Assembly: GCA_047973385.1 (NCBI GenBank)
Contig: JBKEBX010000022.1
Location: 106,692-170,691 of the forward strand
DNA length: 64,000 nt
Direction: 5' to 3'
From: Lachnospirales bacterium
Lineage (GTDB): Bacteria > Bacillota > Clostridia > Lachnospirales > CAMZNU01
The position numbers and the translations under genes were made by a program. The notes beneath the pieces were generated by a model. It did not search any database, was not told the origin of the DNA, and saw only the letters and a program-made list of their open reading frames with translations. Of the stretch, positions 28,835-37,471 are shown in pieces (position 1 is the first letter of the stretch; each line of letters begins with the position of its first letter).

Positions 28835-30343
28835 TTACTTAGACATTAGTATCTCAACTGCATTTTCCATGCCTTTTTCTTCTATTAACTCTAAATAAGA
28901 AGTTACAAGTTCATTAAATCCATCAACTTCGTTTAAGTCTTGACCCCACATTTGCGTTTGCGAACACACTTTAGTAACATAATCTTTAATATTTGATTTA
29001 TCATACTCTTTTGTAAATCCTTTAAAGATTTCTAAATATTCCAAAGTATCTTTTATAGGATATGTATTTGAGCCACGATTACCTATTAAAGCATTGTCAA
29101 CAATTTCTTGACCTTGATAAAACTTAATAAGTGCTGAGAAAGATATAACTAATTTTTCAGGTAATGCCCCTTGCTTCTCTTTATATTCCAAAATTGATGG
29201 TAAAACTCTAACTTTATATTTAGAAATAGAATTTAAAGAAATATCAAGTAGTCTATGTTTAATAAATGGATTTGCAAATCTATCAGAAACAGCTTTTGCA
29301 AAATCTACAACTTCATCTTTAGGAAGTGGTAAAATCGGAATTATTTCCTCATTCAATATGTATTGTATATAATCATTATAAGTTTTGTTACCTACTAAAT
29401 CTCTAACAATATCAATACCACTTAAATATCCTGCTAAAACTGTTGCTGTATGAGCACCATTTAAAATACGTACTTTTCTAAGTTTATATGGCTTCGCATC
29501 TGGTGTAAATAGCACATGAAGTCCAATTTTATCAAAAGGAAGTTCTTTAGCTAAAAAAGTTGGCCCTTCTATAACTAAATTATGAAAAATTTCAGAAGTT
29601 ACAACTAAATTATCATTGTAGCCTAAATCTTCGAGAATTTCCGTAATTTCATCTCGTGGATAACCTGTAACAATTCTATCAACTAATGTTGAGCAAAAAT
29701 AGTTAGCATCTTCTACCCAGTTTATAAAATCTTCTCCAAGCTCCCAATCTTTTGCGTGTTGCAATACATATTTTTTAAGGAAATCACCATTGTTATCTAT
29801 TAACTCACAAGGTAAAAAAGCAAGACCTTTTTCTTTATCATTTCCAAAAACTTGAAATCTTTCATATAGAAAAGCAGTAACTTTTGCTGGAAATGTTTTT
29901 TGTGGCTTTACATTTATATCGCATTTTTCGTAGCAAATCCCTGCTTCTGTTGTATTTGAAATAACAAATCTAACATTTGGGTCTTTTGCATAACCAATAT
30001 ATTTATCATAGTTTTCAAAAGGATTAATATAATCAGAAACTGATGTCACAATACGTTTTTCAACAACTTCTTTTCCATCCTCAAGACCTCTTGCTATACA
30101 AGTGTACAAGCCTTCTTGTTTCTCAAGTATGTTAACCATACCTTGTTCAATAGGTTGAACAATTGCGATAGAACCATTAAATATATCTTTTTCGTTTAAC
30201 TTATCAACCATGTAATCCATAAAAGCACGAAGGAAATTCCCTTCACCAAATTGGATTATCTTAACTGGCATTTCTTTTTTGTTTCCAACAGATATTTTAC
30301 TTTGGTCAACACTATCTAACATATTTCTATTTAAGTTCTCCAT
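28835..30343 (-). CDS. uxaB: tagaturonate reductase (altronate oxidoreductase)
   Basis: 502 aa. IIQFGEGNFLRAFMDYMVD matches the UxaB N-terminus. Confidence 0.8.
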   Translation of the reverse strand: MENLNRNMLDSVDQSKISVGNKKEMPVKIIQFGEGNFLRAFMDYMVDKLNEKDIFNGSIAIVQPIEQGMVNILEKQEGLYTCIARGLEDGKEVVEKRIVTSVSDYINPFENYDKYIGYAKDPNVRFVISNTTEAGICYEKCDINVKPQKTFPAKVTAFLYERFQVFGNDKEKGLAFLPCELIDNNGDFLKKYVLQHAKDWELGEDFINWVEDANYFCSTLVDRIVTGYPRDEITEILEDLGYNDNLVVTSEIFHNLVIEGPTFLAKELPFDKIGLHVLFTPDAKPYKLRKVRILNGAHTATVLAGYLSGIDIVRDLVGNKTYNDYIQYILNEEIIPILPLPKDEVVDFAKAVSDRFANPFIKHRLLDISLNSISKYKVRVLPSILEYKEKQGALPEKLVISFSALIKFYQGQEIVDNALIGNRGSNTYPIKDTLEYLEIFKGFTKEYDKSNIKDYVTKVCSQTQMWGQDLNEVDGFNELVTSYLELIEEKGMENAVEILMSK

Positions 30344-30478
30344 TGCTTCTCCTTTTTTAACACTATATGTAATTCTCTATAAACTTGCTAGTTTTACATT
30401 TTTCAGGAAATGACTTAAAAACTAGGTACGCTGTACGCCTTTTAAAAGGCAGTTCTGCCACAGTTTGACAAGCGAATT

Positions 30479-30613
30479 CAAGACGTTTCAAAATTTGAAT
30501 TTTTCTAGTAACGACTTTGAATATAGCTTTGATGTGTATACAGAAATACACAAAAAGATATATTTTAAGCTAATTACCTAGATAAAACGAATTTCGAGAT
30601 GTTGCCAATCTAG
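30479..30613 (+). repeat. copy B of the modular intergenic repeat (M1 + M2 + tail), filling most of the 283-nt uxaC/uxaB gap
   Basis: M1 is caagacgtttcaaaatttgaatttttctagtaacg (30479-30513). M2 is agctttgatgtgtatacagaaatacacaaaaaga (30525-30558), containing the hairpin GTGTAT-N6-ATACAC. Confidence 0.6.
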
Positions 30614-30626
30614 TTTTTTTAGATTA

Positions 30627-32018
30627 CTATACGTTAAAATACTCTTTTGCGTTATAATAGCAAACGTTTTCAACAATTTCTTTTATATTTTCTTCAGTAC
30701 CAAAATATTCAGCACGTTCAATTAACATACCTAAGTAGTTACAGTATACACGTCTAAACACTTCATGACGTGGATATGATAAGAAACTTCGTGAGTCTGT
30801 AAGCATACCTACTGTTAAAGCTACTGGATAAAGGTTGCCAAGAGATTCCAATTGCTTATGTATACCATATGCTTGGTCTGCAAACCACCACGGAACACCC
30901 ATAATAACTCTTGACTTAACACCACCACCACAAAAACCTGCACATAAAATTCCAAAGTTTTCAAACTTATTTATATCTAGTGGGTATACAATTATTCTTG
31001 GAAATTTTCCATTTAATTCTATTCTATCAAACAATTTCGCCATATCGTTCACTGATGTATCATCACCTGAACAATCGAAACCTGTATCAGCTCCTAGCTT
31101 TTTGTACATTGTTGTACTTGAATTTTTTATAGTTCCAAAATGTATTTGCATTACAAAATTATTGTCATATAATGTTTGTGCGTAGTTAACTAGGTAACAA
31201 GTTTTATACTTATCAATTTCAATTTTACTAAGTTTTAGCCCTTTCAAAGCTTTTTCAACAATTTCATCAACTTCATCATCTGTATAATCTTCCCATTTAA
31301 AATATGTTATACCACTATCAGAAATGTTAGAGCCTATTTGAGAGAAATACTTTAATCTGTTATCAATAGCATTTATTACATCAGAAAACTTTTCAATTTT
31401 TGTATCAGTAACTTTCCCAAGTTCAGCTAAATACCCCACAAAAGTATCATTTTCAATGTAAAAAACTTTGTCAGCTCTAAAGGATGCAACAACTTTGATT
31501 CCATTATCTTTTGTGGCAATATTCTTATGATACTGCAAATCATCAATTGGGTCGTCAGTAGTTGCAACAAATTCAACTTTTGACATTTCCATACATTTAA
31601 TAGGCGTCATTTTTTCATCTTCTATAAATTTCTTTGTTTGTTTATAAATTCTATCTGCTGATTCTTTTGATAAAGGTTCATCAATACAAAAAAATCTTTT
31701 AAGTTCTAAGGCACACCATATATACAGTGGATTTCCTATTAAAAGAGGGTAAATTTCTGCAAAAGCTAAAAACTTTTCATAAAAACTTGTACTATCTCCT
31801 GTAATCAATTCCTCAGCTATACCAAAAGTACGCATAGCTCTCCATTTATAATGGTCATGAGCAAGCCACATTTCCCCTAAATCTTCAAAAACCTTATTTT
31901 CATCAATCTCTTTTGGTACAAGGTGACAATGATAATCAATTATAGGTAAATCTTTAGCATACTCATTGTATAATCTTTTTCCTGTTTCATTTGTAAAATA
32001 CAAATTTTCTGAAAACAT
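30627..32018 (-). CDS. uxaC: glucuronate isomerase
   Basis: 463 aa. PIIDYHCHL and overall UxaC-like sequence. Confidence 0.9.
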   Translation of the reverse strand: MFSENLYFTNETGKRLYNEYAKDLPIIDYHCHLVPKEIDENKVFEDLGEMWLAHDHYKWRAMRTFGIAEELITGDSTSFYEKFLAFAEIYPLLIGNPLYIWCALELKRFFCIDEPLSKESADRIYKQTKKFIEDEKMTPIKCMEMSKVEFVATTDDPIDDLQYHKNIATKDNGIKVVASFRADKVFYIENDTFVGYLAELGKVTDTKIEKFSDVINAIDNRLKYFSQIGSNISDSGITYFKWEDYTDDEVDEIVEKALKGLKLSKIEIDKYKTCYLVNYAQTLYDNNFVMQIHFGTIKNSSTTMYKKLGADTGFDCSGDDTSVNDMAKLFDRIELNGKFPRIIVYPLDINKFENFGILCAGFCGGGVKSRVIMGVPWWFADQAYGIHKQLESLGNLYPVALTVGMLTDSRSFLSYPRHEVFRRVYCNYLGMLIERAEYFGTEENIKEIVENVCYYNAKEYFNV

Positions 32019-32050
32019 CCCAATATCCTTTCTTGTAACATATTATAAAA

Positions 32051-33106
32051 TTATTTTAACAATAATCTATCTTCATATTGCTCTAACAAACTTTTAAAAA
32101 TTACATCAACGCCAACATCAACAATTTTTTCCGTAGGCGATATATTTTTAGCAATCAAATCTGACATAATATCTAAAGCTTCAAAACATTGTTCATAGGG
32201 CTTTTTATTTATAATTGCCGTTATTGTATCTTCTTTCATCCTTTCGGCAGATTCTTTAAACATACCATTTCCAATAAATGGGATTCTGCCACTTAATCCA
32301 CAATTAGCCAATGCACGAGATAGCAACAAAGTTGATTTAGAAGTTACAGAGCAACAACCTATAATTTTTTCGTTCAAGAGTATTTCTTCAAGCTCTTTCA
32401 CTTTTGTTTCATTTGCTTCTTCAGATTGCCACACATACTCCACAACAACTCTATCTTTCATACCTTTATAATTTAAGTACTCTTTTATTGAATTTACTAT
32501 CTCATAGTGATTAGGAAAATTTTCATCGCCTCCTGCAATTAATATTTTGCCATCAAATCTATTAACTGTATGCATCAACAGTTCTGCAGTAAGTCGACCT
32601 ATTGCCCAGGTATTTGGTTTTATGCAACATATACTGTCAACTTCACTGTAATCACCATCTAAAAGTATAAATGGTATTTTTTTATTGGTAACTTGCTTTA
32701 TAGCATTTTCGTAATCTCCCTCAGCATAGCCAACTGTTATAAGTCCGTTTATTGATTCTAAATCAATTTCACTAACAGCTTTTGCAAAGTTTACATATTC
32801 AAATTTTTCAATTTGTAAATTGTAATCCTTTGCCCTTAGTTCAAAATCTTCAACAGCTTTCCACATATAATCAAAGTAAAATGCCGATAGTTGATTTTTC
32901 TTAGGCAAAAGAACTCCTATGATTCTAGTTTCTCTTTTCAAGTTACTAGCAAATAAATTGGGTCTATAACCTAGTTTATTTGCAACATCTAAAATATGAC
33001 TTTTGTGTTTTTCTGAAATTCCTGATTTATTGTTAATCGCTAAGTGAACACTTCCAACCGAAACTCCAGCCTCTTTGGCAACTTCTTTTATTGTTATTTT
33101 AGCCAT
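32051..33106 (-). CDS. LacI-family transcriptional regulator of the hexuronate locus
   Basis: Start moved to ATG 33106 (MAKITIKEVAKEAGVSVGSVHLAINNK, a LacI-type HTH). The 34 codons upstream in the ORF track cover the operator and leader. Confidence 0.85.
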   Translation of the reverse strand: MAKITIKEVAKEAGVSVGSVHLAINNKSGISEKHKSHILDVANKLGYRPNLFASNLKRETRIIGVLLPKKNQLSAFYFDYMWKAVEDFELRAKDYNLQIEKFEYVNFAKAVSEIDLESINGLITVGYAEGDYENAIKQVTNKKIPFILLDGDYSEVDSICCIKPNTWAIGRLTAELLMHTVNRFDGKILIAGGDENFPNHYEIVNSIKEYLNYKGMKDRVVVEYVWQSEEANETKVKELEEILLNEKIIGCCSVTSKSTLLLSRALANCGLSGRIPFIGNGMFKESAERMKEDTITAIINKKPYEQCFEALDIMSDLIAKNISPTEKIVDVGVDVIFKSLLEQYEDRLLLK

Positions 33107-33123
33107 TTTGTATTCCCAACTTT

Positions 33124-33141
33124 CGAAACGTTTCATTATTT
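33124..33141. promoter_or_regulatory. candidate LacI-family operator O1 (contains the palindrome GAAACGTTTC)
   Basis: cgaaacgtttcattattt. The minus strand reads AAATAATGAAACGTTTCG. It lies 19 nt upstream of the regulator start codon and downstream of the predicted -10. Confidence 0.45.
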
Positions 33142-33160
33142 TTTCATTGCTTTTAAGTAG

Positions 33161-33189
33161 ATAATAACACCTAACTACATAATAGTCAA
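33161..33189 (-). promoter_or_regulatory. putative sigma-A promoter of the LacI regulator / uxaC operon
   Basis: On the minus strand: TTGACT (33189-33184), 17-nt spacer, TATTAT (33166-33161). Confidence 0.4.
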
Positions 33190-33279
33190 TAGCATATATA
33201 AAATCCATAGATTTTTATATACATTGCACAATAACTTTGTCTATTTTTTATTAATGATTTCATATGTTCTGCATAAAAA

Positions 33280-33297
33280 CGAAACGTTTCATTATTT
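33280..33297. promoter_or_regulatory. candidate LacI-family operator O2, an exact 18-nt repeat of O1
   Basis: cgaaacgtttcattattt is identical to 33124-33141. The palindrome centres are 156 bp apart. Confidence 0.4.
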
Positions 33298-33446
33298 GTA
33301 GCCTTTTCATTATTATATTTATATGACAGTTTATATATATTTTCATTAAACATTCTGTTTTTTCCTTGTCCTATCTTTTAAATTGAATTCAAAATAACTT
33401 AAGGCTATCACGTAAAAACAACTTATAAGATAATTTTAAGTTCTTC

Positions 33447-33475
33447 TTGACATTTCCCTAATGATATGCTATAAT
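33447..33475 (+). promoter_or_regulatory. sigma-A promoter of rplM-rpsI
   Basis: Perfect consensus: TTGACA (33447-33452), 17-nt spacer, TATAAT (33470-33475). It leaves an ~85-nt leader that could hold an L13-type autoregulatory structure (not verified). Confidence 0.6.
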
Positions 33476-33561
33476 CTTTATGTTAAGCCCACTTTTGAAA
33501 ATTCGATTAGCCCCGAAAAAAACAAAAGAAATTGTTCGATACAACTTAGGAGGTTACTAAA

Positions 33562-33999
33562 ATGAGAACTACTTATATCACAAAAACTGCTGATATTGAA
33601 AGAAAATGGTATGTAGTTGATGCATCAGGTCAAACACTTGGTCGTCTTTCTACTCAAATAGCACATATTTTAAAAGGTAAACACAAGCCAATCTATACAC
33701 CTAACCTTGATACAGGTGATTATGTTATCGTTATCAACGCTGACAAGATTAAAGTTACTGGCAAGAAGTTAGATCAAAAGCTTTATTATAAGCACTCTGA
33801 TTATGTTGGCGGTCTTAAGACTACTACACTTAATGAGATGATGAATAAGAAGCCTGAATTTGCTGTAAAACATGCCGTTAAGGGTATGTTACCTAAGAAA
33901 ACTTTAGGTAAGCAAATGTTTAGCAAACTTCATGTATACGCTGGTGCTGAGCATCCACATGAAGCACAAAAGCCAGAAGTACTTGAACTTAAAGGTTAA
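33562..33999 (+). CDS. rplM: 50S ribosomal protein L13
   Basis: 145 aa. [43 protein letters not shown] is canonical L13. Confidence 0.95.
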   Translation: MRTTYITKTADIERKWYVVDASGQTLGRLSTQIAHILKGKHKPIYTPNLDTGDYVIVINADKIKVTGKKLDQKLYYKHSDYVGGLKTTTLNEMMNKKPEFAVKHAVKGMLPKKTLGKQMFSKLHVYAGAEHPHEAQKPEVLELKG

Positions 34000-34017
34000 T
34001 ATAGGGAGGAATTTTAA

Positions 34018-34404
34018 ATGGATAGATATTACGGAACTGGTAGAAGAAAAAGCTCAGTAGCAAGAGTTTATTTATTACCAGGTACAGGTAAAATTACAAT
34101 AAACAAAGGAGATATTGATGAGTATCTTGGTTTAGATACTTTAAAACTTATCGTTCGTCAACCACTTGAACTTACTGGTACAACTTCTAAGTTTGACATT
34201 AAAGTAAACGTACATGGTGGTGGATTCACTGGTCAAGCTGGTGCAATTCGTCATGGTATTTCTCGTGCATTACTTGAGTTCGACGCTGATTACAGACCAG
34301 CTTTAAAAGCTGCTGGATTCTTAACTCGTGACCCTCGTATGAAGGAGAGAAAGAAATACGGCTTAAAAGGTGCAAGACGTGCTCCTCAGTTCTCAAAAAG
34401 ATAA
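34018..34404 (+). CDS. rpsI: 30S ribosomal protein S9
   Basis: 128 aa. [16 protein letters not shown] ... RRAPQFSKR is canonical S9. Confidence 0.95.
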   Translation: MDRYYGTGRRKSSVARVYLLPGTGKITINKGDIDEYLGLDTLKLIVRQPLELTGTTSKFDIKVNVHGGGFTGQAGAIRHGISRALLEFDADYRPALKAAGFLTRDPRMKERKKYGLKGARRAPQFSKR

Positions 34405-34440
34405 TTTTTTACAAATATTCAACGCAATGTTTTTAAATAA

Positions 34441-34492
34441 AAAAAATAACAAGTATAGATTCATAAATATGATATATACTTGTTATTTTTTT
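34441..34492. terminator. Rho-independent terminator of rplM-rpsI
   Basis: AATAACAAGTATA (34445-34457) pairs with TATACTTGTTATT (34475-34487). Flanked by an A-run and a T-run. Confidence 0.75.
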
Positions 34493-34525
34493 GCCTAGAA
34501 GTTAGTCAAGATGACCTATCCTACA

Positions 34526-34606
34526 AGTGGGAGCTTGAACCCCCACTTTTGGTAGATTAGCCTTTCCCGCGGCCTACGCTAAACTTGGAGGCTGGGGTCT
34601 AATCTA
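34526..34606 (+). other. locally GC-rich pair of strong hairpins, candidate structured RNA or element terminus of unknown type
   Basis: Hairpin 1: AGTGGG-N10-CCCACT followed by TTTT. Hairpin 2: TAGATTAG..CCC.CGGCCT-N13-AGGCTG GGG..CTAATCTA (34553-34606). It lies between two terminators and has no ORF. Confidence 0.25.
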
Positions 34607-34613
34607 TTCGATA

Positions 34614-34765
34614 CAAGACGGCTCAAAATTTGAATTTTTCTAGAATGGCTTTAACTACAGCTTTGACGTGTATTTAGAAATACACAAAAATATATGGAAA
34701 CGTTGCAAAATTGAAATAACGGCACATTGCAAAAGAAAACCAAATTTCCCCACATTTTACAAACA
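34614..34765 (+). repeat. copy C (composite) of the modular intergenic repeat: M1 + M2 + M3
   Basis: M1 at 34614-34648 is 30/35 identical to copy B. M2 at 34659-34690 contains the GTGTAT-N6-ATACAC hairpin. M3 at 34695-34765 matches the reverse complement of 50085-50154 and 58155-58225. Confidence 0.65.
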
Positions 34766-34776
34766 CTTAAACAACA

Positions 34777-34818
34777 AAAACACCATATAATGCATTTATA
34801 TGCAATTTATGGTGTTTT
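34777..34818. terminator. bidirectional terminator (serves the minus-strand 34874..35203 gene)
   Basis: AAAACACCATA (34777-34787) pairs with TATGGTGTTTT (34808-34818), with an inner TGCAT/ATGCA pairing. Confidence 0.6.
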
Positions 34819-34873
34819 ATTATATTAAATATAAAATTTATCTTTAGGTCTAATCTAAAAACTACATTTATTC

Positions 34874-35203
34874 TTAAAATTCAAAATAATTATCTTTATC
34901 AAGATTTGTAAAAGTTATTACAATTTCTTTATCTTCAATTACATAGGACTTCAAATAATTATAAATCAAATCTAAAACCCTTTCTTTTACTTCTTTTGGT
35001 CGTTCAAACCATTTAACTTCTACAAAAATAATCTTGTCTGTTATATCACAGTCTAACTGAAACGTCTTAGTATCAGAAGATAAAAAAGTAAAAGTAAACC
35101 AATCAGTCGGACTTCCCACAACACTACTTAAATCCTCATTTAGCTTTTTAATCTTATCCTTATCTTGTAGCAAACTTGCATTTATAAAATTTATATGTGG
35201 CAT
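34874..35203 (-). CDS. small protein, DUF1904 / tautomerase-superfamily-like
   Basis: 109 aa starting MPHINF (Pro after the initiator Met). Size and N-terminus match my memory of DUF1904. Weak assignment. Confidence 0.45.
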   Translation of the reverse strand: MPHINFINASLLQDKDKIKKLNEDLSSVVGSPTDWFTFTFLSSDTKTFQLDCDITDKIIFVEVKWFERPKEVKERVLDLIYNYLKSYVIEDKEIVITFTNLDKDNYFEF

Positions 35204-35214
35204 AATTCCTCCTG

Positions 35215-36168
35215 TTATTCATCAAAAGTATGTGTTTGAGAAATCTGTTCTTTAGAAAGTGCAAAGAAGTCATAACTTACAACATCTCCACCATCTGGAA
35301 CAGGATCGCCAAAAGTTGCATCACTATAAAAACTATTCCCATCATCTAAAGTTATGTAACTCCATATATGTGGCCCTCCTGAGATGCCTGATACCCCGAT
35401 TACATCATATCCCAACATCTTCAACATCAAATTATACGTTGCTGCATACCCTTGACACATAGACTTGCCCTTATATAATAGGTCATACCCTGTATTAAAC
35501 TTCTCACTTGTATCATATTCATATGTTTTACATATATATGTGTAAATATTTCGAATATTCTCCTCATCACTTAAAGATACACCGATATTGCCTTTTGCTT
35601 GCAAGTCCTTCAAAATATCGTAAGCCATATCATAAAAAACTTCTTGTCTATAAACATGTTCATAATATGTAGATGTTTCTAAACTACTTAAAGTTATCTC
35701 AAGGGCAACTTTATTCATTTTCGCATTTTCAGTAGAAATTAAGCTACTAACACCATAAATATCAGAAAACAATTCTATATATTCTGACGTTATATCTTTA
35801 AATGCTAAATCCATAGCTTCATAAATTCCACTATTATTAAAATCTTCATAATTCATATTATAATATATTGTTTCTGTTTCAACACCTGCATAAGCCATAG
35901 TTACAAAAAATCGCTTAAACTCTTCTTCTGTCATAGGAGAGTAATCCTCAATGTAGAAATCTTCATAATCTAAAAATTCTTTATTTATAAAATCATTAGA
36001 CTTATTTTCAAAATTGCTTAAATTTTCTTCAATAAAAGCTTGAGAATTACTTATTTCATAATAATCATTTTCTATGCCAACCAATTCTTTTAAATAATCA
36101 TAATCTGCCTCATCATATACATAAATAACACCACAAATGGCAACGATTAGAACTATTAAAATCATCAT
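35215..36168 (-). CDS. membrane-anchored transglutaminase-like cysteine peptidase domain protein
   Basis: Start moved to ATG 36168 (MMILIVLIVAICGVIYVY signal anchor, RBS AAAGGGGGTG). Catalytic-like C (KSMCQGYAATYNLM), H (GGPHIWSY) and D (YSDATFGD). Confidence 0.7.
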   Translation of the reverse strand: MMILIVLIVAICGVIYVYDEADYDYLKELVGIENDYYEISNSQAFIEENLSNFENKSNDFINKEFLDYEDFYIEDYSPMTEEEFKRFFVTMAYAGVETETIYYNMNYEDFNNSGIYEAMDLAFKDITSEYIELFSDIYGVSSLISTENAKMNKVALEITLSSLETSTYYEHVYRQEVFYDMAYDILKDLQAKGNIGVSLSDEENIRNIYTYICKTYEYDTSEKFNTGYDLLYKGKSMCQGYAATYNLMLKMLGYDVIGVSGISGGPHIWSYITLDDGNSFYSDATFGDPVPDGGDVVSYDFFALSKEQISQTHTFDE

Positions 36169-36189
36169 ATTATAAAATGCACCCCCTTT

Positions 36190-36240
36190 AAAAAAGGGAC
36201 TGTAAGGAAACTCACATAATGTGAGATTCTTTGCAGCCCC
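36190..36240 (-). terminator. Rho-independent terminator downstream of tsf; member of the conserved hairpin family
   Basis: The plus strand reads AAAAAA GGGACTGTAAGGAAACTCAC-ATAAT-GTGAGATTCTTTGCAGCCCC. On the minus strand a T-run follows. Confidence 0.65.
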
Positions 36241-36288
36241 TTTGTGATTTAAAGAAATGATAAATTCTCGAGGAAGCTGATAAAGTAA

Positions 36289-36322
36289 AGCTTTGACGTG
36301 TATAAAGAAATACACAAAAAGA
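36289..36322 (+). repeat. copy D of the modular repeat (M2 module only)
   Basis: agctttgacgtgtataaagaaatacacaaaaaga is nearly identical to the M2 modules at 30525 and 34659. Confidence 0.55.
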
Positions 36323-36436
36323 TTTACTTTTTCAAACTGACAAAGAAAATTCGCATTTCTTTACATCTCCCACTTAAATTTACCTCAAGTCAAACCCTAT
36401 TAGATTAAAACAAGAAAACTACATAATTTTCAAAAA

Positions 36437-37354
36437 TTATGCCCCCATTGTTTTTGCAACTTCTTCAGCAAAATTTTCTTCTTTTTTCTCAATACCTTCG
36501 CCAGTTTCAAATCTAACAAAAGCTTTTACTTTTACATCAAAACCAACAGCATCAGAAACTTCTTTTACATAAGCTTCAACAGTTTGCTTGTCACCTTTTA
36601 CATATTCTTGATCAAGTAAACAGAACTCTTTAAGTTGCTTGTTAAGTCTACCAATAACTTTTTTGTCAACAAATTTAGGGTCTGTACCTTCGTTTAACGC
36701 TTGTTGAGTTAAAATTTCTTTTTCATGAGAAATAAACTCTTCAGACATTTCACTTTTATCTACAAACTTTGGATTCATAGCTGCGATTTGCATACTAATA
36801 TTTTTACCTGCTTCAACAACTTCATCAGTTGATTTCTCACAAACTAAGTGAAGTAAAACAGCTACTTTACCACCACCGTGGATATACGTAATAAGTGTTT
36901 CACCATCATTTGCTACAATTTTACCAAAGCGACGTAGAGAAAGGTTTTCTCCAATAACTGCAATTTTAGCATTTACAGCATCTTGAACAGTTTCAGCTTC
37001 AGAGAAAGTCCACTCATCCTTTAAAAATCCTTCTATATCAGTTGCTTTAGTCATTACAGCACTTTTCGCAACTTCTTCAACATAATCAATAAAAATTTGG
37101 TTTTTAGAAACAAAGTCAGTTTCAGAGTTAACCTCAACAACAACACCTGTATTTCCTTCTACATAAGCCTTTACAAGACCTTCAGCAGCAACACGTCCTG
37201 CTTTTTTCTGTGCAGCAGCAAGTCCTTGCTCTCTTAAGAACTCAACAGCTTTTTCTATATTACCATCAACTTCAACAAGTGCTTTTTTACAATCACTCAT
37301 ACCTACGCCTGTCAATTCTCTTAACTCTTTAATCATACTAGCAGTTACAGCCAT
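36437..37354 (-). CDS. tsf: translation elongation factor Ts
   Basis: 305 aa. MAVTASMIKELRELTGVGMSDCKKAL is the canonical EF-Ts N-terminus. Confidence 0.95.
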   Translation of the reverse strand: MAVTASMIKELRELTGVGMSDCKKALVEVDGNIEKAVEFLREQGLAAAQKKAGRVAAEGLVKAYVEGNTGVVVEVNSETDFVSKNQIFIDYVEEVAKSAVMTKATDIEGFLKDEWTFSEAETVQDAVNAKIAVIGENLSLRRFGKIVANDGETLITYIHGGGKVAVLLHLVCEKSTDEVVEAGKNISMQIAAMNPKFVDKSEMSEEFISHEKEILTQQALNEGTDPKFVDKKVIGRLNKQLKEFCLLDQEYVKGDKQTVEAYVKEVSDAVGFDVKVKAFVRFETGEGIEKKEENFAEEVAKTMGA

Positions 37355-37427
37355 TTGTTATATCCTCCTAAGTTAAATATAATTTATTTTAAATGTATCT
37401 CATTAAAAATTTTTTTAAATAAAATCA

Positions 37428-37461
37428 AACTAAAGCTTCAGTATGTACTAAAGCTTTAGTT
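37428..37461 (-). terminator. hairpin between rpsB and tsf (attenuator/terminator)
   Basis: AACTAAAGCTT (37428-37438) pairs with AAGCTTTAGTT (37451-37461), a perfect 11 bp. A T-rich tract follows on the minus strand. Confidence 0.5.
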
Positions 37462-37471
37462 ATTTTAAAAA

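Noticed and set aside
30363-30551. 62-aa ORF (GTG start) between uxaC and uxaB
   Set aside because: It lies entirely within repeat copy B and has no RBS. The corresponding frames in copies C and D are broken or different (TAA after three codons in copy C). The apparent MYF.IH.KA similarity to the N-terminus of ORF 35215..36315 reflects nucleotide conservation of module M2, not a gene.
33107-33208. N-terminal 34 codons of ORF 32051..33208 (LacI regulator)
   Set aside because: LacI-family HTH domains begin within the first few residues (MAKITIKEVAKEAG at 33106). The extension covers the predicted -10 element and operator O1.
33209-33353. 55-aa minus-strand ORF (MFNENIYKLSYKYNNEKATNNETFRFYAEHMKSL...) upstream of the LacI regulator
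   Set aside because: It is below the ORF-track cutoff, has a weak RBS and low-complexity AT-driven composition. It reads through operator O2 in a different frame from the O1 copy, so there is no coding conservation. It is probably spurious.
34526-34547. tRNA/tmRNA-like T-arm (minus strand GTGGGGGTTCAAGCTCCCAC contains GGTTCAAGC)
   Set aside because: No acceptor stem, anticodon arm, D-arm or 3' CCA context could be built around it. The stem geometry (6 bp, 8-10 nt loop) is not that of a T-arm. I kept it only as part of an unexplained structured region.
36169-36315. N-terminal 49 codons of ORF 35215..36315
   Set aside because: This part covers the tsf terminator hairpin and repeat module M2. 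A strong RBS (AAAGGGGGTG) precedes the internal ATG at 36168, which begins a typical signal anchor.
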